Origin: Pseudomonadota bacterium
Lineage (GTDB): Bacteria > Pseudomonadota > Gammaproteobacteria > Xanthomonadales > Xanthomonadaceae
DNA: 64,000 nucleotides
Assembly: GCA_018242405.1 (NCBI GenBank)
Contig: JAFEBZ010000217.1
Location: 515-64,514 of the forward strand
Direction: 5' to 3'
In this document: positions 37,560 to 48,675 of the stretch, piece by piece
How positions within the stretch are numbered: the first letter of the stretch is position 1
How the letters are laid out: each line of letters begins with the position of its first letter
Notes under the pieces: generated by a model
Databases searched by the model: none
The model's input: the letters and a program-made list of their open reading frames with translations, nothing else
What the model was told of the DNA's origin: nothing
Position numbers and translations under genes: made by a program

Positions 37560-38849
37560 CTAGTTGCGCAAGGCGTCCAGTCGCGCCTGCAAGGTGTCGA
37601 GGCGCAAATCTCCATGCCCGCCCGGCGAAACGCGTGCATCGAGACTCGCCTGCGGATCGCGCTGCGCCCAGCGTTCGGGATTCGCGGCTTCACGATAGGC
37701 ATCGCGGAACGGCAGGCCGTCGCGCGCCAGTTCGATTGCAAGATCGGTGGCGTACATCGACGGCTCCAGCGCTTGTGCCATCTTCGTTTCATTCCAGCGC
37801 AATTCGCGCAACAGGTCCGGAAGCAACGCGAGCGCCTTCAGTCCACGCCCGAAGCCGTGGAAGATCGCGCCCTTGCTGAATTGCAGGTCGCGGTGGTAGC
37901 CGGACGGCAACGACAACAGTTGTTCGATCTCGCACTTGGCGGCAGCGACGCTCGCATAGCTCGCACGCATCAATTCGATCACGTCGGGATTGCGCTTGTT
38001 CGGCATCAATGAGCTGCCGGTGGTGTATTGCGGCGGCAGATGGACGAAGGCGAATTCACCGCTGGTGAACAGGCTGAGATCCCAGGCGAGCCGGCGCAGG
38101 TCGAGCATCGCGCTGCCCAGCGCTTCCAGTGCCGCCAGTTCGAACTTGCCGCGCGACAGCTGCGCCCCGATCGGCGATACCTGCAGGCGACCGAAGTGCA
38201 ACGCTTCGGTGACGTGGTCGCGATCGAGCGCGAGATTCACGCCATAACCAGCCGCGCTGCCCAGCGGATTGGTATCGATCAGCCGATATGTGTCGGATGC
38301 CCGTTGTGCATTGTCGATGAACCCCTCCGCCCAGGCGCTCCACCACATCGCCGTGGACGAGACCATCGCCCGTTGCAGATGGGTATAACCGGCCAGCGGA
38401 ATGTTCTCGCCGCGCGCGCGTTCCAGCGCGATGGTCGCGACCTCGATGCACAAGGCATGCATCTGGCGCAGGCGATCACGCAGCCACAGCCGCGTCGCCA
38501 CCAGCACCTGGTCGTTGCGGCTGCGCCCGGTGTGGATCTTCTTGCCGGCCTCGCCGAGGCGTTCGATCAGGCGCGCCTCGATCGCCGAATGCATGTCCTC
38601 GTAGCGCTCGTCGAGCACGAAATCGCCGGCGGCGAAGTCCTGGGCCAGCGCCTGCAGTTCGGCGTCAATCGCATTCGTCTCATCCGCCGTCAGCACGCCG
38701 ATCCGCTGCAAGCCCTGGGCATGGGCGCGGCTGGCCTCGATGTCATACAGCATGAATTCGCGGTCGAGGATGACGTCGTCGCCGGCCAGGAAGCCCTGGA
38801 TGTCGGCATCGACCTTGACGCCCGATTTCTGCCAGAGGAGATCGCTCAT
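37560..38849 (-). CDS. argH: Argininosuccinate lyase
   Basis: [35 protein letters not shown]. Confidence 0.95.
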   Translation of the reverse strand: MSDLLWQKSGVKVDADIQGFLAGDDVILDREFMLYDIEASRAHAQGLQRIGVLTADETNAIDAELQALAQDFAAGDFVLDERYEDMHSAIEARLIERLGEAGKKIHTGRSRNDQVLVATRLWLRDRLRQMHALCIEVATIALERARGENIPLAGYTHLQRAMVSSTAMWWSAWAEGFIDNAQRASDTYRLIDTNPLGSAAGYGVNLALDRDHVTEALHFGRLQVSPIGAQLSRGKFELAALEALGSAMLDLRRLAWDLSLFTSGEFAFVHLPPQYTTGSSLMPNKRNPDVIELMRASYASVAAAKCEIEQLLSLPSGYHRDLQFSKGAIFHGFGRGLKALALLPDLLRELRWNETKMAQALEPSMYATDLAIELARDGLPFRDAYREAANPERWAQRDPQASLDARVSPGGHGDLRLDTLQARLDALRN

Positions 38850-39799
38850 GCCCGTGCCTCGTGAGGGATACCTTCAAGCTCATCGAACCCGAAGGCGAGA
38901 TTGAGATTCTGCAGGGCCTGCGTCGCCGCGCCCTTGAGCAGGTTGTCGAGCGTCGACACCACCACCCAGCGCTTGCCGTCATCGGCAGGCGTGAAACCGC
39001 CAACGTGGACGCCATGCGCGTGCGCGATCCTGCTGACCCACGGTGCATCGTCGAAGACATCGACCAGCGCTTCGTGGCCATAACGATCGCGGTAGAGTGC
39101 CAGTACTTCGTCGCGGGTGAAAGCGCGATCCAGATGCAGGTTCGCGGTGATGGTCAGTCCGCGGAAATGCGGCGCGACATGCGGCATGAACTCGACCGCC
39201 GCGCAATGACGCGTGACTTCGCGTTCGTGCAGATGGCCGGCGAGCGCATACGGCATCAGGTTGTCGTGCAGCTTGGCGGGATCGTTCTTGTCGCTGGGCG
39301 TAGTGCCTGCACCGGAATAGCCGGAGACACCGAAACACTGTACCGGACCGACCAGGTGTTCGCGCAACGGCGCGATCGCCAGCTGCATCGCCGTGGCATA
39401 GCAGCCGGGATTGCTGATCCGACGCTGGCCGGCATATGCATTGCGGGTGAGTTCCGGCAAGCCGTAGTACCAGCCATCGTCGAAACGGTAGTCTGCAGAG
39501 AGATCGATGATCACCGGATCATCGCCTCGCCTGTCGATTTCGGCGACGCATTGCGCGGCCTTGCCATTCGGCAGCGCCAGCACGTAGGCATCGACGTCCT
39601 CGCCCGGCAATGCCTCATGCGAGAGGTTGCGATAGCGCAGCTCGCCCTCGAAGCCGGCAACGTGGTCAGCCACGCGCTTTCCATCGCGTTCACGCGACGA
39701 CACGAAGCCGAGTTCGAAATGGGGATGCGCTGCGACCAGCCGGATCAGCTCTTCGCCAACATGCCCGCGCGCACCAACCAGTCCGATTTTCTTCGTCAT
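38846..39799 (-). CDS. argC: N-acetyl-gamma-glutamyl-phosphate reductase
   Basis: [35 protein letters not shown]. Confidence 0.95.
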   Translation of the reverse strand: MTKKIGLVGARGHVGEELIRLVAAHPHFELGFVSSRERDGKRVADHVAGFEGELRYRNLSHEALPGEDVDAYVLALPNGKAAQCVAEIDRRGDDPVIIDLSADYRFDDGWYYGLPELTRNAYAGQRRISNPGCYATAMQLAIAPLREHLVGPVQCFGVSGYSGAGTTPSDKNDPAKLHDNLMPYALAGHLHEREVTRHCAAVEFMPHVAPHFRGLTITANLHLDRAFTRDEVLALYRDRYGHEALVDVFDDAPWVSRIAHAHGVHVGGFTPADDGKRWVVVSTLDNLLKGAATQALQNLNLAFGFDELEGIPHEARA

Positions 39800-41109
39800 G
39801 CCGGTTCTTCCAGCGTCGCCGGGCGCGCCATCGCCTGCTCCACGCATTCGCGAATCGTGGTGAAGTCGTCGACACCGTACCAGTAGCACTTCCACATGCC
39901 GTTCTTCAGGCTGCCGTCGGCTTCCGAGTCATAGAAGGCGTTGATCGGATTGTGGCGACGCGAGCGCCAGTACAGCGCCGGCGTTTCCGCGCGCATCTGC
40001 TGCCACACCGCGCGACCGAGCCCTTCACCTTGCGCGTCATCGAGCACCGCGAACTTGTCGAGATAGGGGCGACCGCCATCGTCAGTGAGGATCACCGCAG
40101 CACGATAGTTCTCGCTGACATAGGCCCGCAGCAATTTGGTGCGCTCGAAATAATCCGGCAAGAGCTTGCGCCCGAACGCGTTATCGATCAGCTCGCGCAG
40201 GCGCGGCAAATCCAATTCATCCCAGCTCTTCGCCTGCAGCACGCGTTCGCCACGCCGCACCAGCGTGCCCGAGCCCTTGTGGGTGAACAATTCCTTCGCC
40301 AGTTCGGAAGGACGCGTGATCGACACCGACGACGACAGCGGCAACGTATCCAGCAGGTCCTTGATCTGTTCGATCTTCACCCGCATGCCACCGTTGATCC
40401 ACGGTTGCGCCAGCAGGTGCTCGTATTCGGTCGACAGGTTGATCGAATCGATCACCCGGCCGGCGTCATCGAGCAAACCACCGGTGCCGGTCAGGAACAC
40501 GATCTTGTACGGCTGCAGCGTCTTGATCAGTTCGTTCGCGGCCCAGTCGGCGTTGACATTGACGATCTGGCCGTCGGCGGTTTCACCCAGCGACGCGATC
40601 ACCGGGATCGAACCGACCTTGATCGCGGCGAGGATGCCATCGGTATCGACGCGCGTGACCTTGCCGACCAGTCCGTAACGCTCGGAATCGAGGAACGACG
40701 TCTCGAACACACCCGACTGGATCGAGGTCGCGCGCACGCCCTCGGCCTGCAACGCCTCGACCAGCTTGAGGTTCTCTTGCCGCATCACCCGGCGCACGAC
40801 TGTCAGCACCGGGGCATCGGTGTAGCGCAGGCCGTCGATGGTGACTTTCTCGATACCCGCGACCTGCATCTCGCTGTCGAGCTGCGGACCGGCGCCATGC
40901 ACCACGATCGGCGTCAAACCAACCTGCTGCAGGAATGCCAATGACGAAGTGAGGGCCTCGAGGTCATCGCGCAGCACCGCACCGCCGACCTTGACCACGG
41001 CGAAGCGCGCCGCGTCGAGTTGCGAGAAGCGCTTGAGGTACTGCTGGATTTCCTTGGTGCTGCCCATGCTGGACAACAGTCGGACGATGGTGGTGCGCAG
41101 ATCGGTCAT
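39796..41109 (-). CDS. argB: Acetylglutamate kinase with C-terminal NAT domain (bifunctional NAGS/K type)
   Basis: [27 protein letters not shown], then YLDKFAV..QGEGLG acetyltransferase domain. Confidence 0.92.
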   Translation of the reverse strand: MTDLRTTIVRLLSSMGSTKEIQQYLKRFSQLDAARFAVVKVGGAVLRDDLEALTSSLAFLQQVGLTPIVVHGAGPQLDSEMQVAGIEKVTIDGLRYTDAPVLTVVRRVMRQENLKLVEALQAEGVRATSIQSGVFETSFLDSERYGLVGKVTRVDTDGILAAIKVGSIPVIASLGETADGQIVNVNADWAANELIKTLQPYKIVFLTGTGGLLDDAGRVIDSINLSTEYEHLLAQPWINGGMRVKIEQIKDLLDTLPLSSSVSITRPSELAKELFTHKGSGTLVRRGERVLQAKSWDELDLPRLRELIDNAFGRKLLPDYFERTKLLRAYVSENYRAAVILTDDGGRPYLDKFAVLDDAQGEGLGRAVWQQMRAETPALYWRSRRHNPINAFYDSEADGSLKNGMWKCYWYGVDDFTTIRECVEQAMARPATLEEPA

Positions 41110-41195
41110 TGTCAGCAGTCGAAGGTCAGCATGTTTCCGGAAGATTCCCCCGATCGCCACGCAGGACGGTCGAAGGCAGGGCGAGCGCGTTCATT

Positions 41196-42287
41196 TCAGT
41201 TCTCCATCAATCGGTGGTAGTTGGAAACAACATCGGAAAGCTGTTGCAGCGACACCCATTCGTCGGCGCTGTGCGCCTGGGCGATGTCGCCGGGACCGTA
41301 GACGATCGCATTCATCCCGGCTGCCGAAAACAGCGAGGCCTCGGTCCAGAAATCGACGGCGGAACCGATCGGCAACTGCAGCGATTCGGCGAATTCCTGC
41401 GCATCGTGTCGGCGCACTTCCGCCGCGCTCGCCGCGCCACCCGGCAGCGACGGACCACGGAAGGTTTCCTCGTAATCGACTCCATCGGCGGTAAATCCGC
41501 GAAACTGCGCGTGCAGCGCATCCATGTCCTGCGAAGGCAGCGGCCGAAATCCGAAACGCAGCTCAGTCTCCGGCGCGATCACGTTGGCCTTGATCCCGCC
41601 TTCGACGCGCCCGATGTTGAAGCGCAATCCCTGCAGGCCACCGAATTCCTGCACGTCGTGCGACTGCACGAAATCCAGCGCCTGCGATCCCCAACGAATC
41701 GCCTGGTGCAAGGCGCTCGCCTGCATCGCCTGCGCACCGGACGCGTGCCCCGCCGTGCCATGGAACTGCATGCGCACCGCGCTGATGCCGCGATGCGCCA
41801 GCACCGCCGCGCCCTTGGTCGGCTCCGCCACGACGACATCGCGGAAACCGTGGTCGCGCTGGAGGAACGCCGCGATGCAACGCGGATCGTTGGCTTCTTC
41901 ATCCGTGGTGAAGAGGAAGGCAGCGTCGCCATTCGTCGCGTTGGCGGCTGCCACCAGCCCCGCAGCCGCGCCCTTGATGTCGCAGGCACCAAGGCCGATC
42001 GCGCGATCGTCCGTCACTCGCAACAGATGCGGATCGGCGCTCCAGTGCGGCGAATCCGGCACGGTATCGAGGTGCACGTTGAACAGGAACTTCGGTTTGC
42101 CACGCACCGCGAAGAACGACACCGCGCCGGCGCCGTGGTCGATCACCTCGACATCGAAACCCGGCAACTGCGCACGCAGGTAGCCGAAGATGCTGTCCTC
42201 CCCGGCAATCGCGCGCGGCGGATTGCGGGTGTCGAACGACACCAGCGCGGCGAGGTGCTCCAGGGTGGCGGCGAGCAGGTCAGACAT
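41196..42287 (-). CDS. argE: Acetylornithine/acetylcitrulline deacetylase (M20)
   Basis: HLDTVP, GACDIKG, DEE, AEPT, AHSADE. Confidence 0.92.
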   Translation of the reverse strand: MSDLLAATLEHLAALVSFDTRNPPRAIAGEDSIFGYLRAQLPGFDVEVIDHGAGAVSFFAVRGKPKFLFNVHLDTVPDSPHWSADPHLLRVTDDRAIGLGACDIKGAAAGLVAAANATNGDAAFLFTTDEEANDPRCIAAFLQRDHGFRDVVVAEPTKGAAVLAHRGISAVRMQFHGTAGHASGAQAMQASALHQAIRWGSQALDFVQSHDVQEFGGLQGLRFNIGRVEGGIKANVIAPETELRFGFRPLPSQDMDALHAQFRGFTADGVDYEETFRGPSLPGGAASAAEVRRHDAQEFAESLQLPIGSAVDFWTEASLFSAAGMNAIVYGPGDIAQAHSADEWVSLQQLSDVVSNYHRLMEN

Positions 42288-43509
42288 TGCCGTCGTGATT
42301 CACTTCGGCCCACAGCGTGCTGCTCATGCCGAACAACTTGATAAAGCCTTCGGCTTCCTCCACGCCCCAGTCGGCCGACTGCGCATAGGTCGCACCCTTG
42401 GCATGGAGGATGTGCGGCGAACGCACTTCGACCGCGTCGACGCGCGCGCCGGAGGTTTCCAGCACCACTTCGCCGTTGACCGTGTGCTGGCTCGACTTGA
42501 GGAAGGCTTCGAGATCGGTCTTGAGCGGATCGTGGAAAAAGCCTTCGTACACCACTTCCACCCACTTGCGGGCGATCTCCGGCTTGAAGCGGTTCTGCTG
42601 CTTGGACAGCACCGCTTCCTCCAGCGCGCGATGGGCTGCCAGCAACGAGATGAGGCCCGGCGCTTCATACACGATGCGCCCCTTGAGACCGATCGTGGTG
42701 TCGCCGGTATACATGCCGCGACCGACGCCGTAAGGCGCGAACAATGCGTTGAGCTTTGCCAGCAACTGCGCGCCGGGCATCGCGACGCCATCGATCGCGA
42801 CGGCTTCACCTTCGATGAACTTCAGCGTCACCCGCAGCGGCTGCGCCGGCCATTCGCTGCGCGACTTGCACCAGCCACGCGCACCCTCGCCCGGCGCCTT
42901 CCAGGCGTCGATCTCGCCGCCGGACAGGGTCACGCCCAGCAGGTTCTCGTTGATGGTGTATTGCTGCTGCTTGGCACGCACGCCGAAACCGCGTTCTTCC
43001 AGATACTTCTGCTCGTAGGCGCGGGTCTGGGTGTGCTCCTTCTGAATTTCGCGGATCGGCGCGACGATGCGGTAATCGCCGCTGGCCTTCACTGCCAGGT
43101 CGAAACGCACCTGATCGTTGCCCATGCCGGTGCAGCCGTGCGCGATCGCGTTGGTGCCGAGCGCATGCGCGCGCGCCAGCGCCGCATCGACGATCAGGTA
43201 GCGATCGGACACCAGCAATGGATACTGGCCCTGGTAACCCTCGCCCGCCCACACGAACGGCTTGACGAAGCCGTCCCAGATTGCCGGACCGCCATCGACG
43301 GTGACGTGCGAGGCCACCCCGAGTTCGGCAGCGCGCGCTTCGATGAAGGCGCGTTCTTCCGCATCGACGCCGCCGGTGTCGGCGAACACGGTATGCACGT
43401 TCCAGCCGCGCTCCTTCAGGTAGGGCACGCAGAAACTGGTGTCGAGTCCGCCGGAAAAGGCGAGGACGATGTCTTTGGACGTATTGATTGAAGCGGGGGA
43501 AGCGGTCAT
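42280..43509 (-). CDS. argG: Argininosuccinate synthase
   Basis: [35 protein letters not shown]. Confidence 0.95.
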   Translation of the reverse strand: MTASPASINTSKDIVLAFSGGLDTSFCVPYLKERGWNVHTVFADTGGVDAEERAFIEARAAELGVASHVTVDGGPAIWDGFVKPFVWAGEGYQGQYPLLVSDRYLIVDAALARAHALGTNAIAHGCTGMGNDQVRFDLAVKASGDYRIVAPIREIQKEHTQTRAYEQKYLEERGFGVRAKQQQYTINENLLGVTLSGGEIDAWKAPGEGARGWCKSRSEWPAQPLRVTLKFIEGEAVAIDGVAMPGAQLLAKLNALFAPYGVGRGMYTGDTTIGLKGRIVYEAPGLISLLAAHRALEEAVLSKQQNRFKPEIARKWVEVVYEGFFHDPLKTDLEAFLKSSQHTVNGEVVLETSGARVDAVEVRSPHILHAKGATYAQSADWGVEEAEGFIKLFGMSSTLWAEVNHDGNV

Positions 43510-43536
43510 CTGGAAATTCTCGAAATATGAAGAGCG

Positions 43537-44541
43537 TTATTGCTTTGCGAGGGCAGCCATCACCGCCTTCTGCACGTGCAGGCGGTTTTCGGCTTCGTCG
43601 ATGGCGATGCAGTTGGGCGAATCCATCACGCCATCGGTGGCTTTTACATTCCGGCGCAATGGCAGGCAGTGCGAGAACACGCCGTTGTTGGTCAGCGCCA
43701 TCTTGCGTTCGTCGACCATGAAGTGCTTGAACTGGTCACGGATGGGCTTCTCCTTCTCCCAGTTGCCGAAGTACGGCAATGCGCCCCAGCTCTTGGCGTA
43801 GACCACGTCGGCGTCGCGATAGGCGCTGTCGGTGTCGTGGCTGACGGTGAGCGAACCGCCATTCTCGGCGACGTTCTGCGCCGCCCAGCCCATGTAGCGT
43901 TCGTCGAGCAGGTATTCCTCGGTCGGACACAGCAGGGTCACGTCCATGCCCATGCGCGTCGCAATCGTCAGCGCGGAATTGGCGACCGCGGTGTTCAGCG
44001 CCTTGGGATGGTAGGTCCAGGTCAGCACGTACTTCTTGCCGCGCAGGTCGGCCGTGCCGAAGTGTTCCTGCAATGCCAGCGCGTGCGCCAGTTCCTGGCA
44101 GGGATGGGTGATCGTTTCCATGTTGATCACCGGCACCGTCGAATACTTGGCAAAACCATTCAGCACGCGATCCTGGCGATCGATCGACCAGTCGACGAAC
44201 TTCGGGAAGGCGCGCACGCCGATCAGGTCGACATAGCGCGACAGCACCTTGGCCACCTCGGCAATGTGTTCCTCGGCCTCGCCGTCCATCACCGTGCCGA
44301 GATCGAATTCGATCGGCCACGCGTCCTTGCCGGGTTGCAGCACCACCGCGTGACCGCCGAGCTGGAACGTGCCCAGCTCGAAACTGGTGCGCGTGCGCAG
44401 CGACGAATTGAAGAACACCAGCGCGACGCCCTTGCCTTTCAGCGCATCGCCGAAACGCTGCTGCTTGTAGCGGGCGGCATCGGCCAGCACGGCGTCGAGT
44501 TCGGCGCGGGTCCAGTCCTGGGTATTGAGGAAATGTTTCAT
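43537..44541 (-). CDS. argF: N-acetylornithine carbamoyltransferase (ArgF')
   Basis: SLRTRTSF, EEHIAEV, HPCQ, TWTYHPK, HCLPLRRN (xanthomonad AOTCase signature rather than the SMG/HCLPA of OTCase). Confidence 0.92.
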   Translation of the reverse strand: MKHFLNTQDWTRAELDAVLADAARYKQQRFGDALKGKGVALVFFNSSLRTRTSFELGTFQLGGHAVVLQPGKDAWPIEFDLGTVMDGEAEEHIAEVAKVLSRYVDLIGVRAFPKFVDWSIDRQDRVLNGFAKYSTVPVINMETITHPCQELAHALALQEHFGTADLRGKKYVLTWTYHPKALNTAVANSALTIATRMGMDVTLLCPTEEYLLDERYMGWAAQNVAENGGSLTVSHDTDSAYRDADVVYAKSWGALPYFGNWEKEKPIRDQFKHFMVDERKMALTNNGVFSHCLPLRRNVKATDGVMDSPNCIAIDEAENRLHVQKAVMAALAKQ

Positions 44542-44590
44542 CGGGGCATTCAACCGGAAGAAGGTGACAGGCGGGAAACGAGGATGGGGG

Positions 44591-44621
44591 AAACGAAAAA
44601 GCCCGGCGCTGGGCCGGGCTT
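44591..44621 (-). terminator. Intrinsic terminator in the arg operon leader (candidate attenuator)
   Basis: Minus strand AAGCCCGGC-ccagc-GCCGGGCTT TTTCGTTT, 50 nt before the argF start. Confidence 0.8.
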
Positions 44622-44661
44622 CACTTGGCTGCACGCGCGCAGCGATTCGAACCGGCCGGAG

Positions 44662-44751
44662 TCAGTACTCGTACGGTCGGCGCGCGCGCGACGTCATGCC
44701 GCTGGCCATGGCGGCGGCAGACAGGAAGATGGCGTCGGTGCAAGTGCGCAT
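44662..44751 (-). CDS. Putative arg operon leader peptide MRTCTDAIFLSAAAMASGMTSRARRPYEY (29 aa)
   Basis: Hand translation; Arg cluster CGC-GCG-CGC-CGA-CCG near the stop; lies between a sigma70-like promoter and the leader terminator. Confidence 0.68.
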   Translation of the reverse strand: MRTCTDAIFLSAAAMASGMTSRARRPYEY

Positions 44752-44757
44752 CCGGTG

Positions 44758-44786
44758 ATTCTCGCACCCCCCGTTGTGCACTGCAA
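44758..44786 (-). promoter_or_regulatory. Sigma70-like promoter of the arg leader
   Basis: TTGCAG-N17-GAGAAT with an extended -10 TG; the leader ATG starts 7 nt after the -10. Confidence 0.6.
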
Positions 44787-44807
44787 GAGCAGTTGCGGCT
44801 GAAACGG

Positions 44808-46046
44808 CTACGCCAGCAAAAGCCGGGCCATCGCCTGCCGGTAGCGGGCCTCGATGGCCGCGCGGGCGATATGCCTGCCCTCTGTCACCACCTCGCGACC
44901 GGCCACCTCAACCGAACGGACCGCCGGCCGGTTGCCGGAGAACACCCAGCGATCGGCCACGTCGGCCGCCGTGGCGCCAGCCAGGATCGGGGCCTCGGCG
45001 TCCAGCACCACCCGGTCCTGCTGCGTGAAGCCGGTCGATCGCGCGGCGCTCGCGGCGACGCCGGTCAGCAAGGTTTCACCAACGCTGGGCGATGCCGGGC
45101 TGATGGCGATGTTGCGGCGCTGGCGCTGCAGGCGCTGGCCATATTCCAGCCAGCGCAGCTCCTCGATCGGCGAGGTCGAGATGTGCGAATCGGAACCGAT
45201 GCCCCAGCGGCCACCATGATCGAGGTAATCGCGGAACGGGAAGAAGCCGTCGCCGAGATTGCCTTCGGTCGTGGTGCAGATCGCCGCAGTCGCGCCCGAA
45301 TTCGCCAGCGTCGTAATTTCACCCGCATCCAGATGGGTCGCGTGCACCAGCGTCCAACGCGCATCGACATTGGCATGATCGAACAACCAGCGCACCGGGC
45401 GTTGCCCGCGCACCGCCACGCATTCCTCCACTTCCGGCATCTGCTCGGCGATATGGATGTGGATGCGCGCATTGTTCGGCAATCCGGCGATCGTCTCCTG
45501 CATCGCCGCTTCCGGCACCGCGCGCAGGCTGTGCAGCGCGCATCCGACGCGCAACGACTCGCCCTCTTCCTTGCGCAGGATGTCGATCAGGCGCAGATAG
45601 GCATCGACCTCGTGCCCGAAGCGACGCTGGCGTTCCGACAACGCCCGACCATCGAATCCGCCTGTCATGTACAGCACCGGCAGCAAGGTCAAGCGGATGC
45701 CGGTTTCGCGCGCGGCTGCAATCAGCGCACGCGACATTGCCGCGGGATCGTCATACGGACGACCATCGGGCTGATGGTGCAGATAGTGGAATTCGCAGAC
45801 CGTGGTGTAACCGGCTTCCAGCATTTCCGCATACAACTGCGATGCCACCGCATGCAGCGACTCGGGATCGAAGCGTGACGCCAGCGCGTACATGGTTTCG
45901 CGCCAGGTCCAGAACGAGTCCTCGGGATGGGTTTGACGTTCGCCCAGCCCGGCCATCGCACGCTGGAAGGCATGCGAATGGAGATTGGCGATGCCCGGCG
46001 TCTGCCAACCGGAGGGAGTGCGTTGCATGAGGGCTGCGTTCGGCAT
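44808..46046 (-). CDS. hutF: Formimidoylglutamate deiminase
   Basis: NLHSHAFQRAMAG, SFWTWRETMY, EFHYLHH, HSLRAV, HIHIAEQ, TEGNLGDG, GSDSH. Confidence 0.95.
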   Translation of the reverse strand: MPNAALMQRTPSGWQTPGIANLHSHAFQRAMAGLGERQTHPEDSFWTWRETMYALASRFDPESLHAVASQLYAEMLEAGYTTVCEFHYLHHQPDGRPYDDPAAMSRALIAAARETGIRLTLLPVLYMTGGFDGRALSERQRRFGHEVDAYLRLIDILRKEEGESLRVGCALHSLRAVPEAAMQETIAGLPNNARIHIHIAEQMPEVEECVAVRGQRPVRWLFDHANVDARWTLVHATHLDAGEITTLANSGATAAICTTTEGNLGDGFFPFRDYLDHGGRWGIGSDSHISTSPIEELRWLEYGQRLQRQRRNIAISPASPSVGETLLTGVAASAARSTGFTQQDRVVLDAEAPILAGATAADVADRWVFSGNRPAVRSVEVAGREVVTEGRHIARAAIEARYRQAMARLLLA

Positions 46047-46094
46047 TCGCTCATTGTGCCGGATGCTCGCGCGCGCATGCGAGAATGCCTCGTC

Positions 46095-47414
46095 ATGGAT
46101 CCGCAACCGCACGCCCCCATCCTGCTCGCCTCGTCCGAAAGCTGGCGTCGGCGGGCGGCACTGTGGTGCGGCGCGGTCGTGGTGGCACTGGCTTCCATCC
46201 TGTTCGCCAAGGGCAGCGACGCCGCCTTTCGCGGGTTCACATGGCTGCACCAGCAATGGCCGCTGGCATCGCTGGCACTGCCGCCACTGATGTTCGGATT
46301 GCTGTCATGGTTCACTGCGCGCGGCATGCAGGCCACGCGCGGCAGCGGCATTCCCCAGGTCATCGCCGCGCTTGAACAGCCAGTCGAATGGCGCGAGGCC
46401 CAGCTCTCGCCGAAGATCGCCTTCGCAAAACTCTGGCTGACCCTTGCGGGATTGCTCGGCGGCGCATCGATCGGACGCGAAGGCCCCACCGTCCATATCG
46501 GTGCCGGCCTCATGCACTGGATCGGCCGGCGTTTCGGCTTCGACGATCCGGAACAGGGCGCACGCTTCCTGCTGGCTGGTGGCGCGGCGGGCATCGCAGC
46601 GGCTTTCAACACGCCCTTGGCTGGCGTCGTTTTTGCGATCGAAGAACTCGGTGGCGCCTTCGAACACCGCTTCTCGGGCACGTTGCTGACTGCAGTCATC
46701 ATCGGCGGCGTGGTATCGCTGGGCTTGCTGGGCGATTACGTCTACTTCGGCCATGTTTCGACGCGCATCGCTTTCGGCAGCGGCTGGTTGGCAGTGCCGG
46801 CCTGCGGGATCGTGTGCGGTCTCGCCGGCGGTCTCTTCAGTCGGGCCCTGCTTGCCTTGACCTCACCACGAGTACTGGTGATCGGTGCGCTGCGCAACCG
46901 CCATCCAGTCCTGCTCGCAATTGCCTGCGGCATCGCACTATCGGCACTCGGACTCGCATTCGGCGACGGCGTCTTCGGCACCGGCTACGCGCAAGCGCGC
47001 GGTGCATTGCTGCAGCAGGACATCCCCGGCCACGGCTTCGGCGTCGCCAAACTGTTCGCCAATCTCGTGTCCTATCTCGCCGGCATTCCCGGCGGCCTGT
47101 TCTCGCCCGCACTCTCCGCCGGCGCAGGACTCGGCCAGAACCTTGCACCGCTGTTCCCGGCGGCCCCCGCCTCGGCCGTCGTGTTGCTCGGCATGTGCGG
47201 CTACCTGTGCGGCGTAACGCAGGCACCGCTGACTTCCGCCATCATCACGATGGAAATGACCGACAGCAGCGACATGCTGTTGCCAATTCTCGCCGTCGCG
47301 TTGATCGCACGCACGACCTCGATGCTGGTATGCAGGATGCCGGTGTACAAGGCGCTGGCCCTGCGATTGCTGCAACAATCCCCCACGCCTTCAGCGGCGA
47401 CTCCACATGACTGA
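46095..47414 (+). CDS. ClC family chloride channel / Cl-:H+ antiporter
   Basis: GSGIP, GREGP, AAFNTPLAGVVFAIEE, GGLFSP. Confidence 0.9.
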   Translation: MDPQPHAPILLASSESWRRRAALWCGAVVVALASILFAKGSDAAFRGFTWLHQQWPLASLALPPLMFGLLSWFTARGMQATRGSGIPQVIAALEQPVEWREAQLSPKIAFAKLWLTLAGLLGGASIGREGPTVHIGAGLMHWIGRRFGFDDPEQGARFLLAGGAAGIAAAFNTPLAGVVFAIEELGGAFEHRFSGTLLTAVIIGGVVSLGLLGDYVYFGHVSTRIAFGSGWLAVPACGIVCGLAGGLFSRALLALTSPRVLVIGALRNRHPVLLAIACGIALSALGLAFGDGVFGTGYAQARGALLQQDIPGHGFGVAKLFANLVSYLAGIPGGLFSPALSAGAGLGQNLAPLFPAAPASAVVLLGMCGYLCGVTQAPLTSAIITMEMTDSSDMLLPILAVALIARTTSMLVCRMPVYKALALRLLQQSPTPSAATPHD

Positions 47415-48642
47415 ACATCCAGCCGACAGCGGACTCCTGCTCGGGCCGACCATGGCTACGCTCGATACCGGCTCCAATCAGGCACGGACTGGTTATGGCC
47501 TGATCGAAGACGGCGCATTGGCCTGGCGCGATGGCTGCATCGTTCATGCGGGACCGCGTGCAGCGCTTCCCTCTGAACTCGCCACCATCGCAACGCCAAT
47601 CGAGACCACCGGCTTGATCACCCCGGGACTCGTCGACTGCCATACCCACGTCGTCTTCGCGGGCGATCGCGCCGGCGAATTCGAACTGCGATTGCAGGGC
47701 GCGAGCTACGAGGAGATCGCCCGCGCCGGTGGCGGCATCCTCTCCAGCGTGCGTGCGGTGCGCGCCGCCAGCGAAGCGGAGTTGCTGGAAGAATCATTGC
47801 CACGCGTGCTTGATCTGATCGCCGATGGCGTCACCACGCTCGAGATCAAGTCGGGCTATGGCCTTGATTTCGACAACGAGCGCAAGATGCTGCGGGTCGC
47901 GCGCCAGATCGGTGAACGTACCGGCATCAGCGTGCGCACGACCTATCTCGCCGCCCACGCCTTGCCTCTGGAGTACGCCGGACGCGCCGACGACTACATC
48001 GATGCAGTCATCGAGTGGCTGCCGCGCCTGCACGCGGAAGGGCTGGTCGATGCCGTCGACGCCTTCTGCGAGGGGATCGGTTTCTCGCCCGCGCAGACGC
48101 GCCGCGTGTTCGAAGCCGCGCGCGCGCTGGGATTGCCGGTCAAGCTGCACGCCGATCAACTGAGCGATCTCGGCGGCGCGGCGCTGGCCGCGGAATTCTC
48201 CGGACTCTCCGCCGACCACATCGAACACACCTCGGAAGCCGGCGTACGCGCGATGGCGGAATCCGGCACCGTCGCCGTGCTGTTGCCTGGCGCCTTCCAC
48301 GTGTTGCGTGAAACCAGACTTCCGCCGCTCGACCTGTTGCGCCGACATCGCGTGCCGATGGCCGTCGCCACCGACTGCAACCCCGGAACATCGCCGTTGC
48401 GTTCACTGCGCCAGGCGATGCAGCTCGCCACCATGCATTTCCGCCTCACGCCGGAAGAAGCCCTGCGTGGCGCCACCACGCACGCCGCACGCGCACTTGC
48501 CCTGCACGATCGCGGCAGTTTGCGTGTCGGCCAGCGCGCCGATTTCGTGCTGTGGAACGTCACGCAACCGGCCGAGCTCTGCTACTGGCTGGGTGGTCGC
48601 CTTGCACGGTCCGTCTACGCCAATGGCAAACAGATCGCCTGA
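47407..48642 (+). CDS. hutI: Imidazolonepropionase
   Basis: DCHTH..FAGDRA.EF, GGGI, EIKSGYG, HADQL, ADHIE, ATDCNPG. Confidence 0.95.
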   Translation: MTEHPADSGLLLGPTMATLDTGSNQARTGYGLIEDGALAWRDGCIVHAGPRAALPSELATIATPIETTGLITPGLVDCHTHVVFAGDRAGEFELRLQGASYEEIARAGGGILSSVRAVRAASEAELLEESLPRVLDLIADGVTTLEIKSGYGLDFDNERKMLRVARQIGERTGISVRTTYLAAHALPLEYAGRADDYIDAVIEWLPRLHAEGLVDAVDAFCEGIGFSPAQTRRVFEAARALGLPVKLHADQLSDLGGAALAAEFSGLSADHIEHTSEAGVRAMAESGTVAVLLPGAFHVLRETRLPPLDLLRRHRVPMAVATDCNPGTSPLRSLRQAMQLATMHFRLTPEEALRGATTHAARALALHDRGSLRVGQRADFVLWNVTQPAELCYWLGGRLARSVYANGKQIA

Positions 48643-48675
48643 CCACATCATTCCGACATTGATGGAGATCGCACC

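Noticed and set aside
44774-44786. TTGTGCACTGCAA resembling the pha-type TGC motif
   Set aside because: Only a partial match, and already explained as the -35 region of the arg leader promoter.
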